The notes below the pieces were generated by a model. The model saw only the letters and a list, made by a program, of their open reading frames with translations. It was not told the origin of the DNA and did no database searches. Below are positions 24,281 to 34,333 of a DNA stretch of 64,000 nt, piece after piece. A program made the position numbers and the translations under genes. Source of the DNA: an uncultured bacterium (lineage in GTDB: Bacteria > Patescibacteriota > Minisyncoccia > UBA6257 > 2-01-FULL-56-20); assembly GCA_963696395.1 (NCBI GenBank), contig CAVOJZ010000002.1, positions 495,317 through 559,316 of the forward strand. Direction: 5' to 3'. Position 1 is the first letter of the stretch. Each line of letters opens with the position of its first letter.

Positions 24281-26716
24281 ATGGCAAACAATTCCGAAAA
24301 GCGCGAAATAACCAAAGAGCTCAGCGAATCCTACCTCGACTATGCGATGTCGGTTATTGTTGCGCGCGCCCTTCCGGATGTGCGCGACGGATTGAAGCCG
24401 GTCCATCGGCGTGTGTTATGGGCAATGTGGGATTCGGGACTCACGCATACGGCAAAGACGCGCAAATCCGCAAACGTTGTCGGTGAAACGATGGCGCGAT
24501 ACCATCCGCATGGCGACAGTGCGATCTACGACACCTTGGTCCGCATGGCTCAGGACTTTTCGCTGCGCTATCCGCTCGTGAAAGGGCAGGGAAACTTCGG
24601 CAGCGTTGACGGTGACTCGCCGGCTGCGATGCGTTACACGGAAGCAAAACTTTCCGCGATCGCCGAAGAGATGTTGCTCGACATCGAAAAAGAAACGGTT
24701 GACTGGATGCCGAACTACGACGCGACGCGTGACGAGCCGAAAGTGCTTCCGGCGAAGCTGCCGAATTTATTGCTGAACGGCACGCTTGGCATCGCCGTCG
24801 GCATGGCAACAAGCATCCCGCCGCACAACTTAAACGAAATCTGTGATGCCATTTTGCATCTCACTGAAAATCCGGACGCAACAAGCGAAGACCTTGTGCA
24901 ATTTGTGAAGGGTCCCGACTTTCCGACCGGCGCCATTATTTATGATGCAAAAGCGATCAAACAGGCGTACGTTTCCGGCCGCGGGGCGATCCTTGCGCGC
25001 GCGAAAGCGGAAATTGTGGAACAGAAAGCGGGAAAGCAGTTCGACATTGTGATCACGGAAATTCCGTATCAGGTCAATAAATCCGAGTTGATAAAAAACA
25101 TCGCCGAACTTGCGCAGGAGAAAAAAATCGAAGGCATCCGCGACCTCCGCGATGAATCGGATCGCGACGGCATGCGCATCGTGATCGAACTCAAGAATGA
25201 CGTGACGCCCCAGAAAGTTTTGAACTGGCTCTATAAGCACACCGAATTGGAACGCAATTTCAACCTCAATATGATTGCGCTCGTCACGGAAAATGGAGGA
25301 CTGGTCCCACGCCTTTTGACCCTGCGCGACATTCTGGTTGAATACATCGCCTACCGCAAAGAGGTGATCCGGCGCCGCACGCAATATGACCTCCGCAAAG
25401 CCGAAGAACGGGCTCATATCCTGGAAGGCCTTTCAAAAGCGCTCGATGCGATCGACCGCGTCATTGCAACCATCAAGAAATCGGAAAGCAAGGAAGCCGC
25501 CCACGGGAACCTTATGAAGACATTTAAATTTTCCGAGGTTCAGGCGACGGCTATTCTCGAAATGCGCTTGCAGACACTCGCCGCGCTTGAGCACGAAAAA
25601 ATTGATGAGGAATTAAAAGAAAAGAAGGCCTTGATCGAGGAATTGAAATTAATATTAAAGAGCCCGGCAAGGATATTAAAGATTATTAAAGAGGAGGTTG
25701 TGGGGCTCAAGGAAAAATATGGCGACGAGCGTCGCACGCAGGTTGTTTCCCGCGCGCCAGACCAGGTGAGCGACGAAGACCTTATCACCGACGAAGACGC
25801 CATCGTCACCGTTTCCGGAGGAGGGTATATCAAGCGCCTGCCGCCGGACACATTCAAATCCCAACGCCGCGGCGGCAAAGGCATCATCGGTTCCGAGGTG
25901 GCGGACGAAGATTTTCTGTCGCACTTCTTTAGCGCCCGCACGCATGATAACGTCCTATTCTTCACCGACCGCGGCCGTGTTTTTCAGACGAAGGTTTACG
26001 AAATCCCGCAGGCAACGCGTACCTCTAAGGGAAAGGCGATTCAGAATTTCCTTGAGCTTCCCGCCGATGAAAACGTAAACGCCATTGTAAATTACTCTTC
26101 GAAGGGAGAGAAGAAGAAATATCTCATGATGGTCACCACGCAGGGCGTCATTAAAAAAACGCCGCTCGAAGATTTTGAAAACATCCGTCGCACGGGAATC
26201 ATTGCCATTTCGCTCAAAAAAGGCGACCACCTTAAGTGGGCGAGCCTCACGAGTGGTTCTGATCAGGTGGTTTTGGCGACGCGGCAGGGTCAGTCAATCC
26301 GTTTTGACGAGAAGCAGGTTCGTCCGATGGGGCGGACCGCAAGCGGAGTCCGCGCGATCAAGCTCAAGAAAAACAACGATGCGGTTGCCGGCTTTGATAT
26401 AATCAATAAAGCAGGTGAAGCGATGCTGTTGGTCGTCATGGAGAATGGTTACGCCAAGCAGACAACGCTCAAGGAATATAAAACGCAGAGCCGTGGCGGG
26501 TCGGGAATCAAGACCGCCGAGATCACGGCGAAGACCGGACTGCTCATTTCGGCGCATGTTGTGACGGAGCAAAAAGAAGTTTTTGCATTGTCCGCAAAAG
26601 GCCAGATGATCCGTACGGAAATTTCAACCGTGCGACACACCGGGCGTTCGGCGCAGGGCGTGCGCATTATGGATATGAAGAGCGGGGATCGCGTTGCAGG
26701 GACGGTGGTTATCTAG
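24281..26716 (+). CDS. gyrA: DNA gyrase subunit A
   Basis: N-terminal ESYLDYAMSVIVARALPDVRDGLKPVHRRVLWAM, catalytic Tyr region, C-terminal beta-pinwheel repeats. Confidence 0.9.
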   Translation: MANNSEKREITKELSESYLDYAMSVIVARALPDVRDGLKPVHRRVLWAMWDSGLTHTAKTRKSANVVGETMARYHPHGDSAIYDTLVRMAQDFSLRYPLVKGQGNFGSVDGDSPAAMRYTEAKLSAIAEEMLLDIEKETVDWMPNYDATRDEPKVLPAKLPNLLLNGTLGIAVGMATSIPPHNLNEICDAILHLTENPDATSEDLVQFVKGPDFPTGAIIYDAKAIKQAYVSGRGAILARAKAEIVEQKAGKQFDIVITEIPYQVNKSELIKNIAELAQEKKIEGIRDLRDESDRDGMRIVIELKNDVTPQKVLNWLYKHTELERNFNLNMIALVTENGGLVPRLLTLRDILVEYIAYRKEVIRRRTQYDLRKAEERAHILEGLSKALDAIDRVIATIKKSESKEAAHGNLMKTFKFSEVQATAILEMRLQTLAALEHEKIDEELKEKKALIEELKLILKSPARILKIIKEEVVGLKEKYGDERRTQVVSRAPDQVSDEDLITDEDAIVTVSGGGYIKRLPPDTFKSQRRGGKGIIGSEVADEDFLSHFFSARTHDNVLFFTDRGRVFQTKVYEIPQATRTSKGKAIQNFLELPADENVNAIVNYSSKGEKKKYLMMVTTQGVIKKTPLEDFENIRRTGIIAISLKKGDHLKWASLTSGSDQVVLATRQGQSIRFDEKQVRPMGRTASGVRAIKLKKNNDAVAGFDIINKAGEAMLLVVMENGYAKQTTLKEYKTQSRGGSGIKTAEITAKTGLLISAHVVTEQKEVFALSAKGQMIRTEISTVRHTGRSAQGVRIMDMKSGDRVAGTVVI

Positions 26717-26758
26717 CGTGGTGCGGATCTAACGTGCGGCGCGGGTGCCGCAACGAAT

Positions 26759-28102
26759 ATGCCTACAAAATTAACCCAAAAACAGGTCCTTATCATCGGT
26801 TTTGGATTTTTTGTCATAGTACTCATCGGGGTCGTGGTGTATTTTAATCTCCGTCATACGAATACCGCTTCGACGGCAAAGCTTGTCATGTGGGGCACGG
26901 ACGACCCGAAAGCTATGATGAGCATGATTGACGCCTACGAATCGGTGCACCAGGGCGCAACGGTCACGTATAAACAGATCGATCCCTCGTCATACGAGAC
27001 ACAGCTTTTGTCTGCGCTCGCTGCGGGGACGGGGCCGGATATTTTCGAAGTTAATGACCATGATCTGCCACAATGGGAAAATGTTTTGGCGCCAATGCCG
27101 ACGGCGAATGCCGAGCAATTTACCGTTGCAACCTTAAACAGTGATTACCCAACCGTTGTCGGGCAGGAATTTATGGACGGCGGCAGTATCTATGCCTTGC
27201 CGCTCTCACTCGACACACTTGCGATGATTTACAACAAAGATCTGGTTGATTCCGCCGGCATAGCGATTCTTCCAAAGAACTGGGACGATTTTGACACCGA
27301 CGTGACGAGATTACGGGCCGTAAATACCGAAGGGCAGATCACGCAGGCCGGCGCCGCGATCGGCGGATCCGAAACAAGCATTCCGAATGCCACAGACCTG
27401 CTCTATCTCCTAATGCTGCAAAACGGAGCCGTGCTTCCGTCGTCATCGTCCACGCCTGCTGTTTTTGCGAATGGCACCGGCAACGCGGACGGCGGAAGCG
27501 CGGACAGCGCAAGCGCAGGAGCAAACCCCGGACAGGCGGCTTTCGATTTTTATCTTCAATTTGCAAATGCCGGGTCGCCCTATTATACGTGGAACGATTC
27601 GATGGGTGACGCCGAAAGTAATTTCATACAGGGGAAAACCGCTATCATCTTCGGTTATGCGGCGCTTATGAATGATCTCAAACAAAAAGCGCCGTTCTTG
27701 AACTACGGCGTTGCCCCGATGCCGCAGCCCAGTGGCGCGACGGTTTTCGTAAATTATCCCAACTACGAAGGGCTTGCTGTTGCTCGCTATGGCCAGGTGG
27801 CGGCGGCTTGGGATTTTGTCATCAGCACGCTCACGAACCCAACGGATGTTGGGATGTATAATACAGATACCGGGACTCCGCCCGCGTTGCGGACTTCCAT
27901 CCAGGCCAACGTAAATGATCCGGTCTGGTCGGTATTCGGAGCGCAGGCACTCACCGCGCGGTCATGGTATGAAGCCGACGCCACAAAGATGGATGACGTC
28001 ATGAATGGGGCGATCGTAAGCGTTTTGAGCGGTGCGTCCGATTCCACGAAAGCTTTGCAAACCGCCCAGTCGGGCGTGAATGCCATCATTAATTCCCAAT
28101 AA
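26759..28102 (+). CDS. extracellular solute-binding protein (ABC-type, family 1). Orphan, no adjacent permease
   Basis: N-terminal TM anchor and SBP_bac_1-like features (KLVMWGTDDP...DIFEVNDHDLPQW). Confidence 0.55.
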   Translation: MPTKLTQKQVLIIGFGFFVIVLIGVVVYFNLRHTNTASTAKLVMWGTDDPKAMMSMIDAYESVHQGATVTYKQIDPSSYETQLLSALAAGTGPDIFEVNDHDLPQWENVLAPMPTANAEQFTVATLNSDYPTVVGQEFMDGGSIYALPLSLDTLAMIYNKDLVDSAGIAILPKNWDDFDTDVTRLRAVNTEGQITQAGAAIGGSETSIPNATDLLYLLMLQNGAVLPSSSSTPAVFANGTGNADGGSADSASAGANPGQAAFDFYLQFANAGSPYYTWNDSMGDAESNFIQGKTAIIFGYAALMNDLKQKAPFLNYGVAPMPQPSGATVFVNYPNYEGLAVARYGQVAAAWDFVISTLTNPTDVGMYNTDTGTPPALRTSIQANVNDPVWSVFGAQALTARSWYEADATKMDDVMNGAIVSVLSGASDSTKALQTAQSGVNAIINSQ

Positions 28103-28107
28103 TCGTT

Positions 28108-28593
28108 ATGACAAAAAAAGCAGGCGCGCTCATCTTCCTTGTTTCCATGATTGCAATCCTTGCCCTGCCGATGCTTGCGAATGCGCAAAATGCAACCGGA
28201 ATACCGTATTGGCCTACAAACGGTCTCATTTCGTGCGTTGGGAATTATAGCGTCGGAAATATAACAGGAGTTAATCCCAGTGGAAGGCCGACCTGTTCAA
28301 GCATTTGTGATCTTTTGCAGACCTTTGTGAATATTGTCTATTTCATCATTACGGTTTGTATTTTTGTGCTCGCGCCTATAATGTTCGCCGTGGGCGGGGT
28401 CATGATGATATTTTCCGGGGCGAATCCAGAAATGTTGAGTAAGGGAAAAAGTGTTCTATTGAGTACGGCGACCGGGATTGCGATCGTTTTGTGTTCCTAT
28501 CTTCTCGTTTTTACATTTATCAGCGTACTGAATGCAAACAGCAACGGGATTTTCGGCGGCACTCTGATGTGTACGCCTCAATATTCACAATAA
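28108..28593 (+). CDS. TrbC/VirB2-like pilin family protein (paralog 1)
   Basis: signal peptide, then two hydrophobic helices separated by SGANPE...KGK loop. Same architecture as four following paralogs. Confidence 0.45.
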   Translation: MTKKAGALIFLVSMIAILALPMLANAQNATGIPYWPTNGLISCVGNYSVGNITGVNPSGRPTCSSICDLLQTFVNIVYFIITVCIFVLAPIMFAVGGVMMIFSGANPEMLSKGKSVLLSTATGIAIVLCSYLLVFTFISVLNANSNGIFGGTLMCTPQYSQ

Positions 28594-28598
28594 GGAAC

Positions 28599-29501
28599 AT
28601 GAAAAAGGCGGCGATCCGAGCTTTTGCACTCTCTCTCGCGGTCGTTCCGCTTGCTCTCGCCCCGATCCTTGCTTTTGCCCAGGCTAAAATATCGCTCGCC
28701 ATTCCCGGAAGCTATTCGATCGCAACAAGCACACCTCCGGGCTACGTCATAGCCAATTTCTATCAATTCGCCCTTTCAATAGGCGGCCTGCTTGCATTCG
28801 GCGCCATCGTCTATGGGGGCGTGAAATATGTTGCCTCCGGAGGCAACCCGTCGGCGCAAAGCGAGGCGAAGGAATGGATTTGGAGCGCACTACTCGGTCT
28901 ATTGCTGCTCGTTTGCGCCTATTTCGTTCTCACCGCAATCAATCCAAACCTTGTCCATCTCGATCTCCCGACGCTCTCGCCGGTGAGTATCAGCCAAACA
29001 AATGTCGGCATTGGATATGGCGGCCCGCCGAGCAGTGGAGGCGGGGGCGGAAGTGGAGGGGGAGTCGGAAACGGAACGTGTAGCCCGGCTCCTGCAGGAC
29101 CTTGCAGTGTGAGCCAGCTTCAATCAAGCTGCATGGGGAGCAATGCGCAAGCGGCATCGGAAATCTGCATGAAAGAAAGCAGCGGTAACGCAGCGGCAGG
29201 CGGAGATATTTCCACCGGAGGCCAACCGGTTTCGATTGGTCTTTTCCAAATTAATCTTTCCGTGAATTCGATCGGTGGCCTAAATTGCCCTTCCGCCTTC
29301 AACCATTCTTGGCATGCGCCCGGTGTGTGCGGCAAAGCAGGTACGGGTTGCGGCCCAAGCACGATCACTAACCAAGCTCTTTACGCGCAATGCGTAGCCG
29401 CTGCGCAAAATGTTGCGACGAATATTGCGCAGGCGTGCGCGATGTCTAATTACGGGACAAATTGGAGCCAATGGAGCACGCACAAAACATGTGGTCTATA
29501 A
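28599..29501 (+). CDS. TrbC/VirB2-like pilin module fused via a Gly-rich linker to a lytic transglycosylase (SLT/lysozyme-like) domain (paralog 2)
   Basis: pilin-like N-domain (FALSIGGLLAFGAIVYGGVKYVASGGNPSAQSEAKEWIWSALLGLLLL), linker GGPPSSGGGGGSGGG, C-domain with SLT signature MKESSGN...SIGLFQIN and multiple Cys. Confidence 0.5.
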   Translation: MKKAAIRAFALSLAVVPLALAPILAFAQAKISLAIPGSYSIATSTPPGYVIANFYQFALSIGGLLAFGAIVYGGVKYVASGGNPSAQSEAKEWIWSALLGLLLLVCAYFVLTAINPNLVHLDLPTLSPVSISQTNVGIGYGGPPSSGGGGGSGGGVGNGTCSPAPAGPCSVSQLQSSCMGSNAQAASEICMKESSGNAAAGGDISTGGQPVSIGLFQINLSVNSIGGLNCPSAFNHSWHAPGVCGKAGTGCGPSTITNQALYAQCVAAAQNVATNIAQACAMSNYGTNWSQWSTHKTCGL

Positions 29502-29517
29502 TGGAAATACATTCATA

Positions 29518-30030
29518 ATGAATAAAAAAATTATCATTATCGGCGTGGGAATCCTGATTATCGTCGCCGCCATCGTCATCTATTTTGTTCTTCAGGGTTC
29601 TCCGTCGGGCACCGGTAGCGCGGGGACTGTGGGATCAGGACTCCCGATATCCACGAGCACCACTATGCACGTTGCGCCGACGGGTACAACGATCACGCTT
29701 GGCACGAGTCAAGGGAGCGTGGTCACCGACAATTTTTATAACACCGCCGATTACATTACGCAGGATCAACAAACAGTTGTGATGAATCAGACGTCAACCT
29801 ATAGTATTGTCTACAATGTTTCAGATAGCAGTTTCATCATCACTATCCTCGCGGAACCTCTCGAAGCGAATCGCCAGCTAGCAGAAGCGGCATTTCTTAA
29901 ATCTCTAAAAATTTCGGAGCAGAGTGCGTGCAAATTGAACGTTTATGAAGCGGTGCCGGCGAGCGTATCCGACCAAGCTTCTGGCAAGCCATTCCCTTTG
30001 AGTTTTTGCGGGACCCCATCTCCACTGTAA
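29518..30030 (+). CDS. membrane-anchored hypothetical protein within the pilin cluster
   Basis: N-terminal TM (KKIIIIGVGILIIVAAIVIYFVL), Ser/Thr-rich extracellular part. Start set at the internal ATG 29518. Confidence 0.35.
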   Translation: MNKKIIIIGVGILIIVAAIVIYFVLQGSPSGTGSAGTVGSGLPISTSTTMHVAPTGTTITLGTSQGSVVTDNFYNTADYITQDQQTVVMNQTSTYSIVYNVSDSSFIITILAEPLEANRQLAEAAFLKSLKISEQSACKLNVYEAVPASVSDQASGKPFPLSFCGTPSPL

Positions 30031-30052
30031 AGAAAACGACAGATATTCTATA

Positions 30053-30451
30053 ATGAATAAGATGAAATATGCGATGAAGAGGGGTTTCGGTTTGGCCGCC
30101 GCCGCGCCTGTCGTTTTTGTTGCATGGATGAGTGTGGCGCTCGCGCAATCAACGGGAGGTTCGACGAATATCACGCTGTGCGACCCTTTGGGGAACAATT
30201 GTCAGCCTGGCAACGAAACTTTTTTGTCATTAGCAAATAATGTGATCGGTTTCATTTTTTGGGACATAGCAACGCCGTTGTCGGTGATTATGGTGTTGGT
30301 CGGCGCGTTTCAACTCATGACTTCGGGTGGAAATCCGGAAAAAGCATCGCAGGGTCGCAAAACGATTATGTATGCAGCGATCGGGCTTGCGGTAGCTATT
30401 GCGGCAAGCGGTTTAGCCACTTTCATTAAGAGCCTTCTTAATGGAAGTTGA
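30053..30451 (+). CDS. TrbC/VirB2-like pilin family protein (paralog 3)
   Basis: signal peptide plus helix-SGGNPEKASQGRKT-helix (IMYAAIGLAVAIAASGL). Confidence 0.45.
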   Translation: MNKMKYAMKRGFGLAAAAPVVFVAWMSVALAQSTGGSTNITLCDPLGNNCQPGNETFLSLANNVIGFIFWDIATPLSVIMVLVGAFQLMTSGGNPEKASQGRKTIMYAAIGLAVAIAASGLATFIKSLLNGS

Positions 30452-30490
30452 CAGTGGCACCGCAAACGGTCGAACATAAATAAAAAATTC

Positions 30491-30892
30491 ATGAACAGAA
30501 TAAAAATTTGGTTTGTGCGATGGGCGCCGGTAATCGTCCCGATTGTATATCTCGGCATGAGGGTAGTGGCAGCTCCGCTCGCGCACGCAATTGACCAGCC
30601 TCCGCCTCCTCCGGTCACCGATCAAGCGGATCTCGCCAAATTGATGTGCAATATTGTTTCCTGGTTCTTTTGGATAGTGATCGTAATTTCCGTGATCATG
30701 ATTTTGTATGCCGCGTACACGTATGTCACGGCGGCTTCGGATCAGGAAAAAACCAGCAAGGCCCGGAGGACGTTAACCTATGCAGCCGTCGGCATCGCGG
30801 TCGCGGTCATCGCCGCGGGTTTCCCGGCGATTGTGTCCAGCATTATTCCAAACGAGCCAAATGTCAGTCTTATGGATACGTGCTCGTTCTGA
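30491..30892 (+). CDS. TrbC/VirB2-like pilin family protein (paralog 4)
   Basis: helix-AASDQEKTSKARRT-helix (LTYAAVGIAVAVIAAGF). Confidence 0.45.
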   Translation: MNRIKIWFVRWAPVIVPIVYLGMRVVAAPLAHAIDQPPPPPVTDQADLAKLMCNIVSWFFWIVIVISVIMILYAAYTYVTAASDQEKTSKARRTLTYAAVGIAVAVIAAGFPAIVSSIIPNEPNVSLMDTCSF

Positions 30893-30976
30893 TGTGTAGG
30901 CGGTTGTTAATTAAGGGGTGATTGTGATAGTCTAAATAAGTACTCAGGAAAGGTCGAATATTCCTCACTATTATCT

Positions 30977-31345
30977 ATGAAGAAAACCATCGCCTTTATC
31001 AAGATGTTCGGTCCTACGATCGCATCTTTGGCGTTGCCGGCATTGGTTATGGCTCAGGCGCCGCCGCCGGTTCCGAATACCAATATTACAAGCTTGAATT
31101 CGATCCTCGCGCTTTTGTGCGTGGTCTTTGGATGGGCATTCTGGTTCTTGGTTGTGCTTGCCGTCATCTTCGTTATGGTTGCTGCGTTCCGTTATCTTTC
31201 GGCCGCCGGCAATCCTGAAAATGTTGGTAAAGCCGGAAGCACACTGCTCTATGCGGCGGTTGCAATCGGCGTCGCGCTTCTTGCCCGCGCTGTTCCGTTC
31301 GTTATCGGGACGTTTTTGGGCGCAGGGCAGATCAATTCCTGCTAA
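30977..31345 (+). CDS. TrbC/VirB2-like pilin family protein (paralog 5)
   Basis: signal peptide plus helix-AAGNPENVGKAGST-helix (LLYAAVAIGVALLA). Confidence 0.45.
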   Translation: MKKTIAFIKMFGPTIASLALPALVMAQAPPPVPNTNITSLNSILALLCVVFGWAFWFLVVLAVIFVMVAAFRYLSAAGNPENVGKAGSTLLYAAVAIGVALLARAVPFVIGTFLGAGQINSC

Positions 31346-31372
31346 ATCCTGAAAGTTCTAGAGATAAGAAAA

Positions 31373-31409
31373 AGCTCCTCGCGATAAAATCGCGGGGAGC
31401 TTTGTTTTT
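31373..31409. terminator. bidirectional rho-independent terminator between the pilin cluster and convergent minus-strand genes
   Basis: agctcctcgcg-ataaaat-cgcggggagct hairpin followed by TTGTTTTT. Confidence 0.6.
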
Positions 31410-31415
31410 GGTTCG

Positions 31416-32294
31416 TTACAGGTTCTCGTGAACCACCGGGACTTCAGACAATACCATTTGGTAGTGACCGTAGTTCCATGTGTAGGGAAACGATATGGTG
31501 AGCGTCGGTGCGCCACCGATAACCGGCTTGGTTTGGTGGATGGTGACCGTGCAATTGACCCAGCCCTTCTCGCCGAGTCCGGCTTCAAGCCATGTGTGAT
31601 TTGTTTGTGGATCACACGTGAAGCTTTCGTTGCCGGGCTGTGCGTACTGGTTCCCTTGATCGTCGAGAAAATGGAAATTCTCCGGAGAAAAGTTGTGTCG
31701 TTCGCCTCCCACGTTCCGCGTCTTCATCGGACATCGGATCTCGGCGCCGTGCTGCACGCATGCGATTTGCACCTGCACATCGCCATTCGGTTCAAACCTT
31801 TTGAGAATGAGTTTTGAAACCAGTTGGGCCGGCGCGTCGGTTCCCGCTTCTTTTGCCGCAACACCTACCGCCGAAGATTCAATTCGCTGGCCCGGGACAG
31901 TGGTTGTAGTGATTTTCACGTCCGGATCCGTATTTTGATCTGGCTCCGGTTGTGACTGCGGGGGAGATTTTTTCTCGGCGTCGCTCGCCGATTTCCCTTC
32001 CGCCTTCTTCTTGTTGTTCGGGGACGTTTTTCCCGAAGCGTGCCCGACCGCCGACGTGCCGAAGTCCGTTGCGTGCGTTTGAGCGGTTGTTTGTGTTTGT
32101 CCTGTCGCGGTCGCGACTTCTCCTTTTTTAGTTCCCGCCGCTTCGGAATGTGACGCATTCAAAGTTTTCGTTGTCGGTGTTGTTGTCTTAGCGTTCGATC
32201 GTGGCCACAGCCAGATCGTGGTTGCAATCGCGGACACAAGCGCAATTCCACAGAGAAGGAGGCCGGTCCGGGTCCTTGTAGCAGAAAGATTCAT
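31416..32294 (-). CDS. secreted Lys/Thr/Pro-rich hypothetical protein
   Basis: N-terminal signal/TM anchor, low-complexity K/T/P-rich region, C-terminal globular domain. Confidence 0.35.
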   Translation of the reverse strand: MNLSATRTRTGLLLCGIALVSAIATTIWLWPRSNAKTTTPTTKTLNASHSEAAGTKKGEVATATGQTQTTAQTHATDFGTSAVGHASGKTSPNNKKKAEGKSASDAEKKSPPQSQPEPDQNTDPDVKITTTTVPGQRIESSAVGVAAKEAGTDAPAQLVSKLILKRFEPNGDVQVQIACVQHGAEIRCPMKTRNVGGERHNFSPENFHFLDDQGNQYAQPGNESFTCDPQTNHTWLEAGLGEKGWVNCTVTIHQTKPVIGGAPTLTISFPYTWNYGHYQMVLSEVPVVHENL

Positions 32295-32421
32295 TGGGAT
32301 TTCCCTCGGTCTTCAGTTTTGAAATGCTGCATACAATATAACATATAATATAGACTTTGTCAAAGTAGCGTAAAGTATAAAAAAGCCCAGCAGAATATCC
32401 TGATGGGCCGAGCCTGAAGGC

Positions 32422-32985
32422 TCAATTTTTTGTTATCCACAATGTGCCATGTCCTTGCACATAGAAGTCGATCGTTGATTCTCCGGCCTGCATGCAGCCG
32501 TAGAAATCGCCGCCTCGGTTGAAGGCCGCCGGATTCGGATCGCTCATATAGCTAACCTCTTCCGGGCGGATTGGTTTTGGATACCGGTCTCCGTTGCACC
32601 AGACTGTGGCGTAATCGCCCGGGTTCTGGCTCTTCTGGAAAAAGCAGCCTGCGCCGAACGTGCACATTGGAGGAAGGACGACATGTGTGCAATATCCCCC
32701 TTCGTGCAGTTGAAGTTCAACCTGGTACACGTCTGTTCGTCGGCCTAAGTCGACGGATTTGATGTGCCCAGCATCGCATCGTGCGAGTTTGTAGTTGGGA
32801 TAGAAGTGGGTAGCGTTCAACTGAGATCCCCGTTTTGGCAGCGAATATATCACCGTTGCCGCCACGATGATCGCCACGATCCACAAGAGAAGGCGAGGGC
32901 GCGGTATCCGCACCCTGTCTACATTCCTATGAAAATGGAGATCCGGAGATTCTGTTTGCGGTTTGGTTTGTACCGGAGGCGCCAT
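32422..32985 (-). CDS. secreted Cys-containing hypothetical protein
   Basis: TM anchor (LLLWIVAIIVAATVIYSL), 10 Cys in the extracytoplasmic part. Confidence 0.35.
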   Translation of the reverse strand: MAPPVQTKPQTESPDLHFHRNVDRVRIPRPRLLLWIVAIIVAATVIYSLPKRGSQLNATHFYPNYKLARCDAGHIKSVDLGRRTDVYQVELQLHEGGYCTHVVLPPMCTFGAGCFFQKSQNPGDYATVWCNGDRYPKPIRPEEVSYMSDPNPAAFNRGGDFYGCMQAGESTIDFYVQGHGTLWITKN

Positions 32986-32986
32986 G

Positions 32987-34216
32987 TCATTTCTCCTTCC
33001 CGCCGGAAATCTTATCGGCTATGGCCCTAGTGATCGGACTGAACAGAGCCTCGGCCAGAGTTTGCATCGAGAGGTCGAGTTCAATCTTGTTCACCTGTGT
33101 ATTTTGCCCGGCAAGCTTTCTCTTGATGAGGGTCGCTTGCAAGGGATCGATTGTCTTAGCGACGCCAGAATTAAGATATCCTTTCGCTTCGTTCACGATA
33201 CTATCTGCGGTGATTTTCTGTGCCTCGGCGTCCGCCTCTGCCTTGAAAACCGTCGTCAGGGTTTCTTTCGTCGTCGCATCCGGCTCCAAGTTGTCTACGA
33301 CGAGCCGTTTTATGACGATGCCTAAGGCATGCAGGGGGAAGGATTGATCTCCGTTGCGTACCGCATTGATGAATTTTAATAGTTTTTTCATCGCTGCGTT
33401 AATCTCTTCCTTTCTGTCGTCAGGGTATTTGTCGAAGACGTTGTTTTTCCATTCTAGTTCTTTCGGCCTAAGCGCTCTGTTCTTGTAAAAGCCCATAAGA
33501 GCTTCGGTCGGGATCTCAGAAGGGATGTGGACGATATCGCCTTTAATGAGATTTTCAAGAATCTCATTAATTGCCTCGTCGCCCATTTGCCTCGCTTGAT
33601 CAAGATCGTGAGGCCCCTTTTCCTTAGAAACAATCCAACGCCGCAACACTTCACCGATTTGTTCGGTGAGGCGTCGTTCAACTTCAGGAAATCCGCCAAC
33701 GATTAAGATTTGTGACGGATTTTCCGGATCGATCGTGAAATAAACTTTTATCGGAACCACCACGACCGCCCGATCGCCCGGAACCATCTCTTGCGTAGAA
33801 AAACGACATGCAAGCTCTTCGCCGGTCATGGAGATGAATCCTATCGTGAAATCGCTTCGGAGCGGACACCATATCCAGCCCCATTCAATCAGCTCGTTCA
33901 CCGGGACTCCGGCGACGGTTGGGATGATGTTCGTTGGTGGGTCGATGGGGACGTAGTAGAATCCGTGCCAGATAAATAATCCGACAAGGATCACCGCGAT
34001 TTCCACTCCAACCCAGTGATTCCATAGGATGATCGGCGTGGAAATGGCTCCTACACAAGACAAACCTACGAACGTGAAAATCCAACGCCGCACGTGAAAG
34101 CTTTCCATTTTCCGTCGTTTGCCATCCCTGGTCTTGCGTTCGGGTTGATCGACATTTTCTGCGCCATCGTTTACTAGGGGTGTATCATTTTCCTCATTTG
34201 CCATAAAATCCTCCAT
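32987..34216 (-). CDS. SPFH/band-7 (stomatin/prohibitin-like) domain membrane protein with C-terminal coiled coil
   Basis: two N-terminal TM helices, SPFH-like beta-rich core (DRAVVVVPIKVYFTIDPENP), long helical C-terminus. Confidence 0.4.
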   Translation of the reverse strand: MEDFMANEENDTPLVNDGAENVDQPERKTRDGKRRKMESFHVRRWIFTFVGLSCVGAISTPIILWNHWVGVEIAVILVGLFIWHGFYYVPIDPPTNIIPTVAGVPVNELIEWGWIWCPLRSDFTIGFISMTGEELACRFSTQEMVPGDRAVVVVPIKVYFTIDPENPSQILIVGGFPEVERRLTEQIGEVLRRWIVSKEKGPHDLDQARQMGDEAINEILENLIKGDIVHIPSEIPTEALMGFYKNRALRPKELEWKNNVFDKYPDDRKEEINAAMKKLLKFINAVRNGDQSFPLHALGIVIKRLVVDNLEPDATTKETLTTVFKAEADAEAQKITADSIVNEAKGYLNSGVAKTIDPLQATLIKRKLAGQNTQVNKIELDLSMQTLAEALFSPITRAIADKISGGKEK

Positions 34217-34333
34217 TGCTTTCGATTTTTAGATGTCAAAAAGCTTGAATTTCAGTCCTATCAGTCCGGGTAAATATTAACATATAATAGAGAACTTGTC
34301 AAAACGCCCCGGAACCCTTAGAATATAAGGCAT

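Noticed and set aside
23765-24406. 213-aa minus-strand ORF overlapping the gyrA start and the 23825-24265 plus-strand ORF
   Set aside because: It is Arg/Cys-rich low-complexity translation. The plus-strand ORF has a credible TM helix and sits in an operon-like position before gyrA.
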